A stretch of 64,000 bases of DNA from Pseudomonadota bacterium (GTDB lineage: Bacteria > Cyanobacteriota > Vampirovibrionia > Obscuribacterales > Obscuribacteraceae). The translations under genes and the position numbers were made by a program. The stretch lies in the NCBI GenBank assembly GCA_021325555.1, contig JAJPGY010000041.1:3317-67316 (forward strand). The letters are read 5' to 3'. Under the pieces are notes generated by a model, which saw only the letters and a list, made by a program, of their open reading frames with translations, ran no database searches and was not told the origin of the DNA. Shown here in pieces: positions 18,664 to 27,461 of this stretch; the first letter of the stretch is position 1; the number at the start of each line of letters is the position of its first letter.

Positions 18664-19842
18664 CTACTCCGGCGCGCTCACACCCAATTTTACTGGAATT
18701 TTCACCAGGCGCCCCTGCCTGAGCACGGTCAGGGTTATCACCTGGGACGCCTTGCGCCCCTCGATGTATGACATCAGGTCGTCGAAGGTGCGCGTCCTCG
18801 TCCCGTCCACGGCCTCGATGATATCGGCCGTGCTGAAGTCGACGCTGCTCAGGGTGAACGGCCCCTGCCGCTGCACGGTCACCCGGGGACCGGTGATACC
18901 GGCGGCGGCGGCCGGGCCGCCCTCCTCCAGGCGGATTACCCGGAGCCCCTGTTCGGTCGGCTGCACCATCTGAATGCCTATATCCGGGCGAATCACGCGG
19001 TGATGCGCGATCAGCTCCGGCACCAGACGCCTGGCGATATTGATCGGGATGGCAAAGCCGATCCCGGCCGACTGCCCGGACCGGCTGACGATCGCCGTGT
19101 TGATGCCGATCATCCGCCCGGCGGTGTCAAGCAGGGGGCCGCCGGAGTTGCCTGGGTTGATGGCGGCGTCGGTCTGGATGATCCCTTTGATAAGCCTCCC
19201 GTCCTCGGCGCGCAGCGTGCGCCCGAGGCTGGAGACGATCCCCTGCGTGAGCGTGCGGTCGAGCCCGAAAGGGTTGCCGATGGCAAGCACCTTCCTGCCG
19301 ACCTCCAGCCGGGAGGAATCACCGAGCGGGATGGTGGCCAGCTTCATCCCGGGCGGGGGGTCGATCTTGAGCACGGCCAGATCGTTCGACGGATCGGTGC
19401 CCACGACATCGGCCGGCAGGTTGGTGCCGTCGAAAAGCGTGACGCGCACCGCGCGCGCGTTCTCCACCACGTGATTGTTGGTCAGGATATGCCCCTGCTC
19501 GTCGATGATCGTCCCCGAGCCCGAGCCCTGCTGGGGAACGATGTTGAAGAACACCTGCTCGGGGGAGAGCCCGCCCACGGTGGTGATGTTGACCACCGCC
19601 TTGTTGGTGGCACGATAGACCCGGATGTTGGTGCTCTCCTCCGGCGAGATGCCAGCCTCGGCAAGCAACTGGCTGCCGATCCTGCCCACCGCCGGGCGGC
19701 GAGACCCGGCGCCGGCGACCTGTCCGTGCCGGGCCGGCGAGGCCGGCGAGGCGGCCGCCAGCATCGCCAGGGCCAGGGCCCAGGCGCCCCCTGCCAGAGC
19801 GGGGCGCGAAAAACGTCGCCAGTCTGTGGTAGTTGTTGCCAT
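18664..19842 (-). CDS. htrA: HtrA/DegP-family serine protease with PDZ domain
   Basis: Start MATTTTDWRRFS... at ATG 19842, with a signal-like AWALALAMLAAASPA. Catalytic His (LTNNHVVE), Asp (DLAVLKI) and Ser (GNSGGPLLD), followed by a C-terminal PDZ-like region. Confidence 0.9.
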   Translation of the reverse strand: MATTTTDWRRFSRPALAGGAWALALAMLAAASPASPARHGQVAGAGSRRPAVGRIGSQLLAEAGISPEESTNIRVYRATNKAVVNITTVGGLSPEQVFFNIVPQQGSGSGTIIDEQGHILTNNHVVENARAVRVTLFDGTNLPADVVGTDPSNDLAVLKIDPPPGMKLATIPLGDSSRLEVGRKVLAIGNPFGLDRTLTQGIVSSLGRTLRAEDGRLIKGIIQTDAAINPGNSGGPLLDTAGRMIGINTAIVSRSGQSAGIGFAIPINIARRLVPELIAHHRVIRPDIGIQMVQPTEQGLRVIRLEEGGPAAAAGITGPRVTVQRQGPFTLSSVDFSTADIIEAVDGTRTRTFDDLMSYIEGRKASQVITLTVLRQGRLVKIPVKLGVSAPE

Positions 19843-19843
19843 G

Positions 19844-20548
19844 TTATACCTTCTGTCCTGCCGAACCCTTTTGCCCCGCGGAACCCTTTTGTTCCCCCGG
19901 ATCTGTCCGGTCTGCAGGGGCCCTGGCCTTTTCTCCCAGCCGCGGCTCGGTGCCGGCCATGAGCCTTGCGATGTTGGCCTTGTGCCGCCAGACCACGAAG
20001 CCGCCACCGAGCACGCAAAAGCAAGTGCAGCCCAGCGGAGCGTGCAGCAGGGCCATTATCGGCCCGGCAGCCGTAACGGCCAGGATGGAGGCCAGCGACA
20101 CGAACCTTGTCGCAGCCAGAACCAGAAGCCAGACACCGAAGGCGATTAGCGAGCCCGGCAGGTTCATGGCCATGACGCAGCCCAGGGCCGTGGCCGCGCT
20201 CTTGCCGCCCTGGAAGTTGAGAAAGAGCGACTTGCTGTGCCCGACGAGCGTGGCGACCGCCACCACTGCCGGTACCACAAAGAGCCCGCCGTCGGGAATC
20301 CCGGGCATGAAGCCGCGCGCCTGCAAATATATGCTCAGCCAGACGGGCAGATATCCCTTGCCGATGTCGACGGCAAAAACAAAGAGCGCCGGGCCCCTGC
20401 CCACGCAGCGCAAGACGTTGGTGGCCCCGGTCGACCGGCTGCCCTGCTGGCGGATATCCACGCCCTTGACGGCCAGGCCCACCCAGTACCCGGTGGGGAT
20501 GGCCCCGAGCAGATAGGCGAGGACCAGGACACCCAGCGCTGTCAACAT
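19844..20548 (-). CDS. plsY: Glycerol-3-phosphate acyltransferase PlsY with a repeat-containing C-terminal tail
   Basis: MLTALGVLVLAYLLGAIPTGYWV...GSRSTGATNV... is the PlsY signature. The tail ends ...GEQKGSAGQKGSAGQKV. Confidence 0.9.
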   Translation of the reverse strand: MLTALGVLVLAYLLGAIPTGYWVGLAVKGVDIRQQGSRSTGATNVLRCVGRGPALFVFAVDIGKGYLPVWLSIYLQARGFMPGIPDGGLFVVPAVVAVATLVGHSKSLFLNFQGGKSAATALGCVMAMNLPGSLIAFGVWLLVLAATRFVSLASILAVTAAGPIMALLHAPLGCTCFCVLGGGFVVWRHKANIARLMAGTEPRLGEKARAPADRTDPGEQKGSAGQKGSAGQKV

Positions 20549-20584
20549 GAACGGTTCCCCTCGACGGTCATCCTATTCAAGTTA

Positions 20585-21931
20585 CTACTTTTCCCGGCTC
20601 TTGGCACGGGCGACGATGCGCAGCGCCGTGCCGGCAAAGCCGAACGCCTCGCGCAGTTTGCGCTCCAGGTAGACGAGGTAGCTGCCGGCCAGAAGCGTCG
20701 TATCGTTTACAAAAAGCACGAAGGTCGGCGGGGATACCGAGACCTGCGTGGAGTAATAGATCTTCAAGCGCCGGCCGCGCTTGCCCGACGGCGGCGGCGT
20801 CACCGCCACCGCCTCGTTCACCACCTGATTGACAAGCCCGGTGGCCACCCGCCTTTTGCTTTCGGCAAAGGCCCGCTGGGCGGCTTCCAGAATTTTGCCG
20901 ACCCGGGTCTTGGCCGTGGCGCTGACGAAGACGACCTCCGCGTACTTTAGATGCGGGAGCGCCTGGTGAGCCGCGTCGATGAACCTGTTCATCGAGCCGG
21001 ACGACTTGTCCTCCACCAGGTCCCACTTGTTGTAGACGACAACGGCCGCCTTGCCGGCCTCGTCGATCTTGCAGCCGATCTTCTGGTCCTGATCGGATAT
21101 CGGCTCGCTGGCGTCGATGACCAAGACGGCCACGTCCGCCCGCTCGATGGCGGTCAGCGAGCGGACCACGGAGAAGGCTTCGACGCCGTAGGGCACCTTC
21201 GACTTGCGCCGGATGCCGGCCGTGTCGATGAGCGTCACCTCCCGCCCGTGGAACCTGATTGTCGTGTCGACGGCATCGCGGGTGGTACCGGGCACCGGCG
21301 TGACGATCGAGCGGGTGGCGCCGCAGAGCACGTTGACCAGCGACGACTTGCCGACGTTGGGCCTGCCCACCACCGCCAGCGAAAAAGGTCCCGTGCCGTC
21401 GCCCTCCTCCTCCGCGGCCGCCTCCTCGGCCTCGCCGAAGGCGGCAACCACCTGATCCAGCAGATCGCCGACGCCGCCGGTGCCGCGCATGGCCGAAAGC
21501 GACAGCGGCTCACCCAGACCCAGCTTGTAGAACTCCAGCTTGTTGGCCTCCTGATGGGGCTCGTCGATCTTGTTGACGGCCAGGATCACCGGCTTGCGCG
21601 CCCGCCGGAGCAGGTTCGCCACCTCCTCGTCGGCGCCTGAAAGCCCGGCCTTGCCGTCGACCATGAAGACGAGCACGTCGGCCTGCTCGATGGCCAGGTT
21701 GCACTGATCGCGCACCGCCGCCGTCAGCTCCTCGCGGCTGTCCGGCACGATGCCGCCGGTGTCCACGAGAAGGAACTTGCGGCCCGCCCACTCGGCCTCG
21801 CGGTAGATGCGGTCGCGGGTGACCCCCGGCTGATCGTGGACGATCGCCGCGCTCTCCTCGATGCAGCGATTGAAGAATGTCGATTTGCCTACGTTTGGCC
21901 GGCCGACTATGGCGACAACCGGTTTAGCCAT
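20585..21931 (-). CDS. der: Ribosome-associated GTPase Der/EngA
   Basis: 448 aa. Two G domains (GRPNVGKSTFFN and GRPNVGKSSLVN; NKID and NKWD) plus a KH-like C-terminus. Confidence 0.95.
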   Translation of the reverse strand: MAKPVVAIVGRPNVGKSTFFNRCIEESAAIVHDQPGVTRDRIYREAEWAGRKFLLVDTGGIVPDSREELTAAVRDQCNLAIEQADVLVFMVDGKAGLSGADEEVANLLRRARKPVILAVNKIDEPHQEANKLEFYKLGLGEPLSLSAMRGTGGVGDLLDQVVAAFGEAEEAAAEEEGDGTGPFSLAVVGRPNVGKSSLVNVLCGATRSIVTPVPGTTRDAVDTTIRFHGREVTLIDTAGIRRKSKVPYGVEAFSVVRSLTAIERADVAVLVIDASEPISDQDQKIGCKIDEAGKAAVVVYNKWDLVEDKSSGSMNRFIDAAHQALPHLKYAEVVFVSATAKTRVGKILEAAQRAFAESKRRVATGLVNQVVNEAVAVTPPPSGKRGRRLKIYYSTQVSVSPPTFVLFVNDTTLLAGSYLVYLERKLREAFGFAGTALRIVARAKSREK

Positions 21932-23630
21932 CGTTCTCCTGCGTCTTTTCCCCTTCAGGTCTGTCAGGCATGCGCCGGAAGGAAGTGGTGGCAGTGCCGA
22001 ACTTCTTGCCCAGCTTGGGGGCCTGGGCCTCGAGAAAACGGTAGAGCGTGTCCTTGGCCGTGTTCAGGTAGACGGCTATCTCGGTGTCGCCGCCGGAGTC
22101 CGGATGCTCGGTGGTCATCTCCTTTTTCCAGGCCTGGTGAACGGTCTCGAAGGTCAGCTCCTCGGGCCTCAAGCCGAGAACCAGGCAAGCCTTGCGAATG
22201 TCGGGCGGCACCGACCTTATCACGAACCCCTGCGGCGGCGGCTCCTGCGGTGCCCGGTTGCCGCCGACGAACCTGGTCGTCGTCCGGCGCATCGACTCCT
22301 CCTCCTTGCCGGCCTGCGGCTCCTCGGGAGCGCGGCCGAAGCGGTGCTTGAGGAGATCGCGCAGCTCGTCCTCGCTCAAGGTGGTGGATTTGATCTTTGC
22401 GCCCGCTTCCTCGACCGGCCCGGCCGAAGCGCCTGCCTGCTCCGCGGCCGCCTCCAGGAGAGCCTCCGCTGAGGTCCTGGTGCCGGTCAGATCCTCCCCG
22501 GGCTCGGGCGAGGCAAACTCCTCCCGCCCGCCGACCAGCAGATCGACCGGCAGGTCGACCGGCTCGAGCACGTCAGCTTCGGGAACTGCCGGCTCGGCCG
22601 AGGCGGACTGCCAGGCGCCGGGCCCGGCGGGCTCTCGCTGGTCGAGCGGCGCATCGTAGCCGCCGGGGAAAACGGGCTCCTGGCCTTCGCTTTCCGGGGG
22701 CGGGGGCGCAGACCAGCCTTCGCCGGGCACAGGCGCCGAAGGGCCGGTATGCCAGCCTTCCTCGGAGACAGCGGCCGCGGGCCCGGAATGCCAGCCGTCG
22801 TCCGGCTCTGGCGGTCCCTGCCAGCAAGACTGCTCCGGCAGCGGCGGCTCGGGGGCGGCGGCCGCCGCCATGGACTCGCAGGCGGCGCTCGGCGCGAGCT
22901 GCTCTTCCCGGCCGGGCACCGGGGCGGGCTCTATGCCATCACCGGCGATACCATAGTCCGCTTCCTCCGCCAGCCAGGCGGGCTCCTCCGCCCGCATCAC
23001 GGGTTCTTCTTGTCCGCTCACCGGCTCCTCGCGGCCGCTCACCGGCTGCGCCGGCACCGCTGCGGGTTCATCCAGCAAGCTCACCGGCTCTGCCAGCAGG
23101 CTGGCCGGCTCTTCCGGGAGGCGCGGCTGCTCGTGTGCGGCTCCAGCCTCATAACCGGCCTCCCGGTACCGCGGCTCGGCCGCGGGCCCGACCGACCGGC
23201 TGCTGAGCTCCAGGACCTGCTCTTGCAGAGCCCGGCTCTCCACCATGATCTGCGTGAGCTGACTCTCCAGCTCCTCGCGCTCCCTGGTGGCGGCGGAAAG
23301 CTCGCGCTCCAGCTTCCGGCTCAGCTGGCGGCTCTCCTCCAGGGCCTCCTGCAGTTGCTGGTTGCTCTCCTGCAGTTGCTGGTGGCTCTGCTCCAGCTCG
23401 GCTATTCGCTTGACCATCTCCTCCGAGGCCGCGCCTGACGGGCCGCCCGCCCGCGCCTCGGAGATCAGATCCATCAACTCCTGGCTGCGGTAAAGCGTCG
23501 AGCGAGGAATCCTGGCCTCGTCGGCCACCGTGTAAGGATTGATGTCCCAGCCCTTGCTCTTGAGGGATTTGATGGCATCAAGCACCACTTGCGGATCGAT
23601 CTTCTTCTGCCCGGTAAGGTCCTTCAACAT
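21924..23630 (-). CDS. Multidomain J-domain protein: N-terminal HTH-like region, coiled coil, acidic Pro/Glu-rich repeats, C-terminal DnaJ-like J domain
   Basis: 568 aa. C-terminal ACLVLGLRPEELTFETVHQAWKKEMTTEHPDSGGDTEIAVYLNTAKDTLYRFL contains the HPD tripeptide in a J-domain-like context. Central region has QQLQESNQQLQEALEESRQL (coiled coil) and EEP/EPV repeats. Its stop overlaps the der start by 8 nt. Confidence 0.6.
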   Translation of the reverse strand: MLKDLTGQKKIDPQVVLDAIKSLKSKGWDINPYTVADEARIPRSTLYRSQELMDLISEARAGGPSGAASEEMVKRIAELEQSHQQLQESNQQLQEALEESRQLSRKLERELSAATREREELESQLTQIMVESRALQEQVLELSSRSVGPAAEPRYREAGYEAGAAHEQPRLPEEPASLLAEPVSLLDEPAAVPAQPVSGREEPVSGQEEPVMRAEEPAWLAEEADYGIAGDGIEPAPVPGREEQLAPSAACESMAAAAAPEPPLPEQSCWQGPPEPDDGWHSGPAAAVSEEGWHTGPSAPVPGEGWSAPPPPESEGQEPVFPGGYDAPLDQREPAGPGAWQSASAEPAVPEADVLEPVDLPVDLLVGGREEFASPEPGEDLTGTRTSAEALLEAAAEQAGASAGPVEEAGAKIKSTTLSEDELRDLLKHRFGRAPEEPQAGKEEESMRRTTTRFVGGNRAPQEPPPQGFVIRSVPPDIRKACLVLGLRPEELTFETVHQAWKKEMTTEHPDSGGDTEIAVYLNTAKDTLYRFLEAQAPKLGKKFGTATTSFRRMPDRPEGEKTQENDG

Positions 23631-23840
23631 GTGGCGCTCTGGCTGCTCCCGACAATCACTGCCGGCGTGAAATCAAGATCGAACAAGCTCCATATGCCCA
23701 TCCAGCTGCTCTTTCTACGGATTCCGGCCGGACCTGGGTTATATTTCATCTTTTCGCGTTTCACACCCCCGCGATAATCCCAAGTATAACCTCCGGCATC
23801 GCTTATCCGCATAGAATTAGCCAGGAGGTCTGGGGCACAG

Positions 23841-24134
23841 ATGACATCTTGGGCTGGGGCGAGGTTGCGGGTCACCGGACGCGTGCAGGGCGTCTTTTAC
23901 CGGCAGACGACGCGGGATAAGGCGCGCGCCCTGGGCTTGAGCGGTTGGGTGCGCAACGCCGACGACGGCTCGGTGGAGATCGAGGCGCACGGCCCGGCTG
24001 AGCGCCTGGAGGAGCTCATCGGCTGGTGTCGACAGGGCCCGCCGGGAGCCAGGGTGTCCGCGGTCACGGTCGAGTGGCGGCAGGATGAGGAGGTCCCCCT
24101 TGAGCAAGCGCCCCGCTTCGAGGTCACATACTGA
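23841..24134 (+). CDS. acyP: Acylphosphatase
   Basis: 97 aa. [12 protein letters not shown]...GWVRN...GSVEIEAHG is the acylphosphatase signature. AGGAGG lies upstream. Confidence 0.9.
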   Translation: MTSWAGARLRVTGRVQGVFYRQTTRDKARALGLSGWVRNADDGSVEIEAHGPAERLEELIGWCRQGPPGARVSAVTVEWRQDEEVPLEQAPRFEVTY

Positions 24135-24188
24135 GGGGCTGCCGGCAATTCGCACGGGCCGGGCAAGCGGCGCGCCTGACGAGGCCGG

Positions 24189-26330
24189 CTAGACGATGAG
24201 CCTTGAGCCGGGGCCGTCGAACAGCTTGTAGGCCTCGCGCACGGTTCTAGGGCTGAAGCCGGTGCGGTCGTCATCGAGCACCGCCGATGCGGCCTTGCCG
24301 GAGATAACCCGCGGGCCGCCGTCCGCTGCCTTCGCCGACGCGTCAACGCCCTGCTGACCTGAGGGCGGACCGGCTGCCGTTGCCCGCTCAGCCGCCGCCG
24401 GCGATCGGGAAGCGACCCCCGGCCTCTCCGATTGCCCGCGGGCGGGATCGGACTCGGCATCACCATCCTCGCCGCCGGCCTGCTGCCGCTGGCCGGGAGC
24501 GCCCTCGCTTTCCGCTTCCCTCTCCCGACCCGCCGACGGCGCCTCCGGCGTGCCGCCCGCGGCCGGGGCGGCCGGCGCGGCTTCGCCTGCTGCCGGCTTG
24601 TTCCTGTATGCCTTGAGCGACGGATCGCTCACGACCCTTACCTTAATCGCCACGCCGTAGCCAAGGATCTCCTCGCATGTCGACTGGAGCTTTTTCAGCC
24701 GCTTCTCGACCATGCCTTGAAAGTTGTCGCTCAAAACACCGATTGTGAAACTCTTCGCGCCCACCGCCAGCGGAAAGGCGTGCTCGGAAAGCAGGCTGTA
24801 TGCCGGTATGCTGGTTCGTTGCAGCGCGTCCAGCACCTGCGACCAGAAGGCGTCCAGGTCTATCTCGGGCTCCTCCTCGGCACCGGCCATGGTGATCTGG
24901 CTGGCCGGCTCCGGCGGTGCGGGCTCGCCGGGGGCAGCCGGCGCGGTTCGGGGCTCGAATGCGGCGGCAGCCGGCGCCGGCGGCGCGCTGGATTCGGGCT
25001 CCAGCGCGGGCGGCTCGGGCGCCACCGCGTCCACCGGCTCCGAGGCCGGGGCGGGTGGGGCGGCAGCCGGGGCGGGCGCGGGCGGGCGGGCGTACGGCTG
25101 CGCCGGGGAGCGCGCGTAAGGGCCGGCGGCCCGGGCCGGCAGCGACTGCCCCGAGCTCAGCGCCTCCTCGAGCCGTCGCAGCCGCTCCTGGAGATCGCGG
25201 ACGACGGCGATGTCGTGACGGTGGCAGATGGACAGAAGCCCCATCTCCAGGCTCATCCCGGGCTGCGTCGTGCGGCGCACGCTCTGCTCGAGCCGGTCCA
25301 GGCGCTCGACAATCTGCGACAGCTCGGCGCGCTCGAAACGGCGCGCCTGATCCAGCACACCCGAGATATAGCCGGGCGAGCCGATCAACAACGGGCTCCC
25401 CTCTCCGTCGGCGGCGGCCGCATCGCTTACGTAGGAGGCTTTCGTCAGATGCAAAAAGTGGCGGGCAAGCTCCTGCGCCAGCACGCCCGGCTCGCGCCCC
25501 TGCGCCAGAAGCTCGTTTACGCAGGCCAGCACCCGGTCGCCCCGGCGCTCGAGGACGCCGGCGCTTATCTCCAGGAGCACGTCTTCTTGAACCGCCCCCA
25601 AAAGCGGGAGCAGGTCGCCAATCGTAACCGGGCTGCCCGGACAGCCCAGCAAGCTGGCCTGGTCCAACAGCCCCAGGGCATCGCGCAAGCCGCCCCCGGA
25701 GCGGTTGGCGATCAGCTCGAGCGCCCGCTCTTCTATCTCTATCGACTCCCTTCCGGCGATCGTCTTCAGGTGCGCGAGCAGGTCGCCCTGGCTCACCAGC
25801 CGGAACATGAGGCGCTGGCAGCGGCTGACAATGGTCTGCGGCACCTTGTGCTCCTCGGTGGTGGCCAGGACGAAGATCACCCTGGCGGGCGGCTCCTCGA
25901 TCGTCTTCAGCAGGGCGTTGAACGCCTCTCTGGTCAGCATGTGACACTCGTCGATGATGTAGAACTTGTGCCCGCCGCCCACGGCGACCAGCGGCGCCCG
26001 CTCAATCAGCGTGCGCGCGTCATCAACGCTGTTATTCGAGGCCGCGTCGATCTCGATTACATCGAGCGAGCTGCACTCGCGAATCTCCACGCAGGACGCG
26101 CACTTGAGGCAGGGCTCGGCGGTGGGGCCGCCCTGGCAATTGACGGACTTGGCCAGGATGCGGGCCGTAGATGTCTTGCCCGTGCCCCTCGGTCCGGTGA
26201 ACAGATAGGCGTGCGACAGCCGGTCGCTGGTGACCGCGTTGGTCAGCGCGCGCACGACCGCCGGCTGTCCCACCAGCTCGCCGAGCGCCTGCGGGCGATA
26301 CTTGAGATAGAGCGGCTCGTATCGGTTCAT
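24189..26330 (-). CDS. dnaX: DNA polymerase III subunit gamma/tau
   Basis: 713 aa. Walker A GPRGTGKTSTARILAK, zinc module CQGGPTAEPCLKCASCVEI, FYIIDECHML, SRCQRLMF. Long low-complexity Ala/Pro linker. Confidence 0.95.
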   Translation of the reverse strand: MNRYEPLYLKYRPQALGELVGQPAVVRALTNAVTSDRLSHAYLFTGPRGTGKTSTARILAKSVNCQGGPTAEPCLKCASCVEIRECSSLDVIEIDAASNNSVDDARTLIERAPLVAVGGGHKFYIIDECHMLTREAFNALLKTIEEPPARVIFVLATTEEHKVPQTIVSRCQRLMFRLVSQGDLLAHLKTIAGRESIEIEERALELIANRSGGGLRDALGLLDQASLLGCPGSPVTIGDLLPLLGAVQEDVLLEISAGVLERRGDRVLACVNELLAQGREPGVLAQELARHFLHLTKASYVSDAAAADGEGSPLLIGSPGYISGVLDQARRFERAELSQIVERLDRLEQSVRRTTQPGMSLEMGLLSICHRHDIAVVRDLQERLRRLEEALSSGQSLPARAAGPYARSPAQPYARPPAPAPAAAPPAPASEPVDAVAPEPPALEPESSAPPAPAAAAFEPRTAPAAPGEPAPPEPASQITMAGAEEEPEIDLDAFWSQVLDALQRTSIPAYSLLSEHAFPLAVGAKSFTIGVLSDNFQGMVEKRLKKLQSTCEEILGYGVAIKVRVVSDPSLKAYRNKPAAGEAAPAAPAAGGTPEAPSAGREREAESEGAPGQRQQAGGEDGDAESDPARGQSERPGVASRSPAAAERATAAGPPSGQQGVDASAKAADGGPRVISGKAASAVLDDDRTGFSPRTVREAYKLFDGPGSRLIV

Positions 26331-26568
26331 TACCCGGCGCCCCGCGCGCGCAGCAACCCAATTGCAGTGTTCGCAAACTTAGATCCTAACCGATCCGGCT
26401 GCCGCGGGCACTAACGGGCTCTAAGGCAAGCCGGGCTGCCGCCGGGACCGCCGGCTGTTCCACAACTATGCCACAACCGCGGCCTACCCTGACCGTAATT
26501 GCCTGATCCCTTCTGCCGAGGCCAGCCGGCGCCCGCGCGCGCCCGCGCGCACGAGAGGAGGAAGACCG

Positions 26569-27456
26569 ATGTCCGAGATATATAGACCCGCCGTCGACGG
26601 CCCTGCCGTGCCGGCAACCCCCTTCGAGCAGGACGCCTTGCGCAGGCAGGCGGTCAGCCATGCCTACGGGCCGCGGCCGGCGCCGGCGCTCAAGCCATCA
26701 AGCGGGCGCGACCCCGAAGGGCGGCTGCCGGCCTTCGGACAGGAGGCAAGGCTTGCCATGGCCGGTCAGATCGCCCTGGCCGGCCGGTCGCTTTTCGGCG
26801 GCCAGGCCGATGCGGCTCACGGCGCGCCGGGCCAGGGGGCCGAACGGCCGCCCGCGCGCTGGCAGCGGCAGGAGGATCGCCAGCACCGCCGCGAGCAGCG
26901 GCGGCAGAAGATCCGGGAGCTCCTGCACGGCGCCGTGGACACCTTTAAAGGTCTGGACGCCGGCAAGCTCTCCGAACTTGCCGGCAAGCTGCCGCAGGCG
27001 CTCAAGCTGATCGAGGCCGCAAGGGCCCTGGCAGAAACAGTAAGGGGGATCGAAGGCACGCAGATGCAGGCGACCGCCGACGGAAAGCTGGCGGTGACAA
27101 TCAGGCGCGCGGGCGAAAATCGCCTCCAGGTCAATGAGCGGAAGGACAACGTCACGGTCAGGTCGGTGGACGTCGGCCGGGAGCTGTCCTTCAGGGTCGC
27201 CTTGAGCGACGGCGCCGTGCGCCTGGAGGACATCAAGGGCATCAAGATTAACGCGACCGTCGAGCTGCCCAGGATCCCGGGCACCAGCATCGGCGGTCCC
27301 AGGGATGTCTGCGTGGAGCTGAGAAGCGCCGCCGTGGATAAGGACAGGACGGGCAGGACCGTGCTCAAGGCGGAGGTGTCCAACCCGCTGTTGCCTGGAC
27401 ACACCATGCCGGTGGTGATACCGATAAGCGATCGGCCGCCCGCACCGGCGCGCTGA
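26569..27456 (+). CDS. Hypothetical protein
   Basis: 295 aa with GAGGAGGAAG upstream of the ATG. No recognisable motif. The composition of the C-terminal half looks coding (KLAVTIRRAGENRLQVNERKDNVTVRSVDVGRELSF...). Confidence 0.45.
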   Translation: MSEIYRPAVDGPAVPATPFEQDALRRQAVSHAYGPRPAPALKPSSGRDPEGRLPAFGQEARLAMAGQIALAGRSLFGGQADAAHGAPGQGAERPPARWQRQEDRQHRREQRRQKIRELLHGAVDTFKGLDAGKLSELAGKLPQALKLIEAARALAETVRGIEGTQMQATADGKLAVTIRRAGENRLQVNERKDNVTVRSVDVGRELSFRVALSDGAVRLEDIKGIKINATVELPRIPGTSIGGPRDVCVELRSAAVDKDRTGRTVLKAEVSNPLLPGHTMPVVIPISDRPPAPAR

Positions 27457-27461
27457 GGCGT

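Noticed and set aside
24688-24698. Possible dnaX programmed -1 frameshift site (G AAA AAG on the coding strand, protein ...KRLKKLQ...).
   Set aside because: It is not the canonical A AAA AAG heptamer. It lies in the C-terminal domain rather than after domain III, and I saw no adjacent stem-loop or upstream SD-like element.
24432-26414. 660-aa ORF antisense to dnaX, and 691-aa ORF 35070-37145 antisense to dxs.
   Set aside because: The same high-GC artefact. The sense genes carry unambiguous DnaX and Dxs signatures.
26331-26568. Looked for an SRP (4.5S/ffs) RNA upstream of dnaX, a common linkage.
   Set aside because: Neither strand contains the conserved domain IV core (GGUCCGGAAGGAAGCAGCC-like with a GGAA tetraloop). 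The nearest string is GGUCCCGGCGGCAGCC, which is not convincing. A covariance-model scan (Rfam RF00169) would be decisive.
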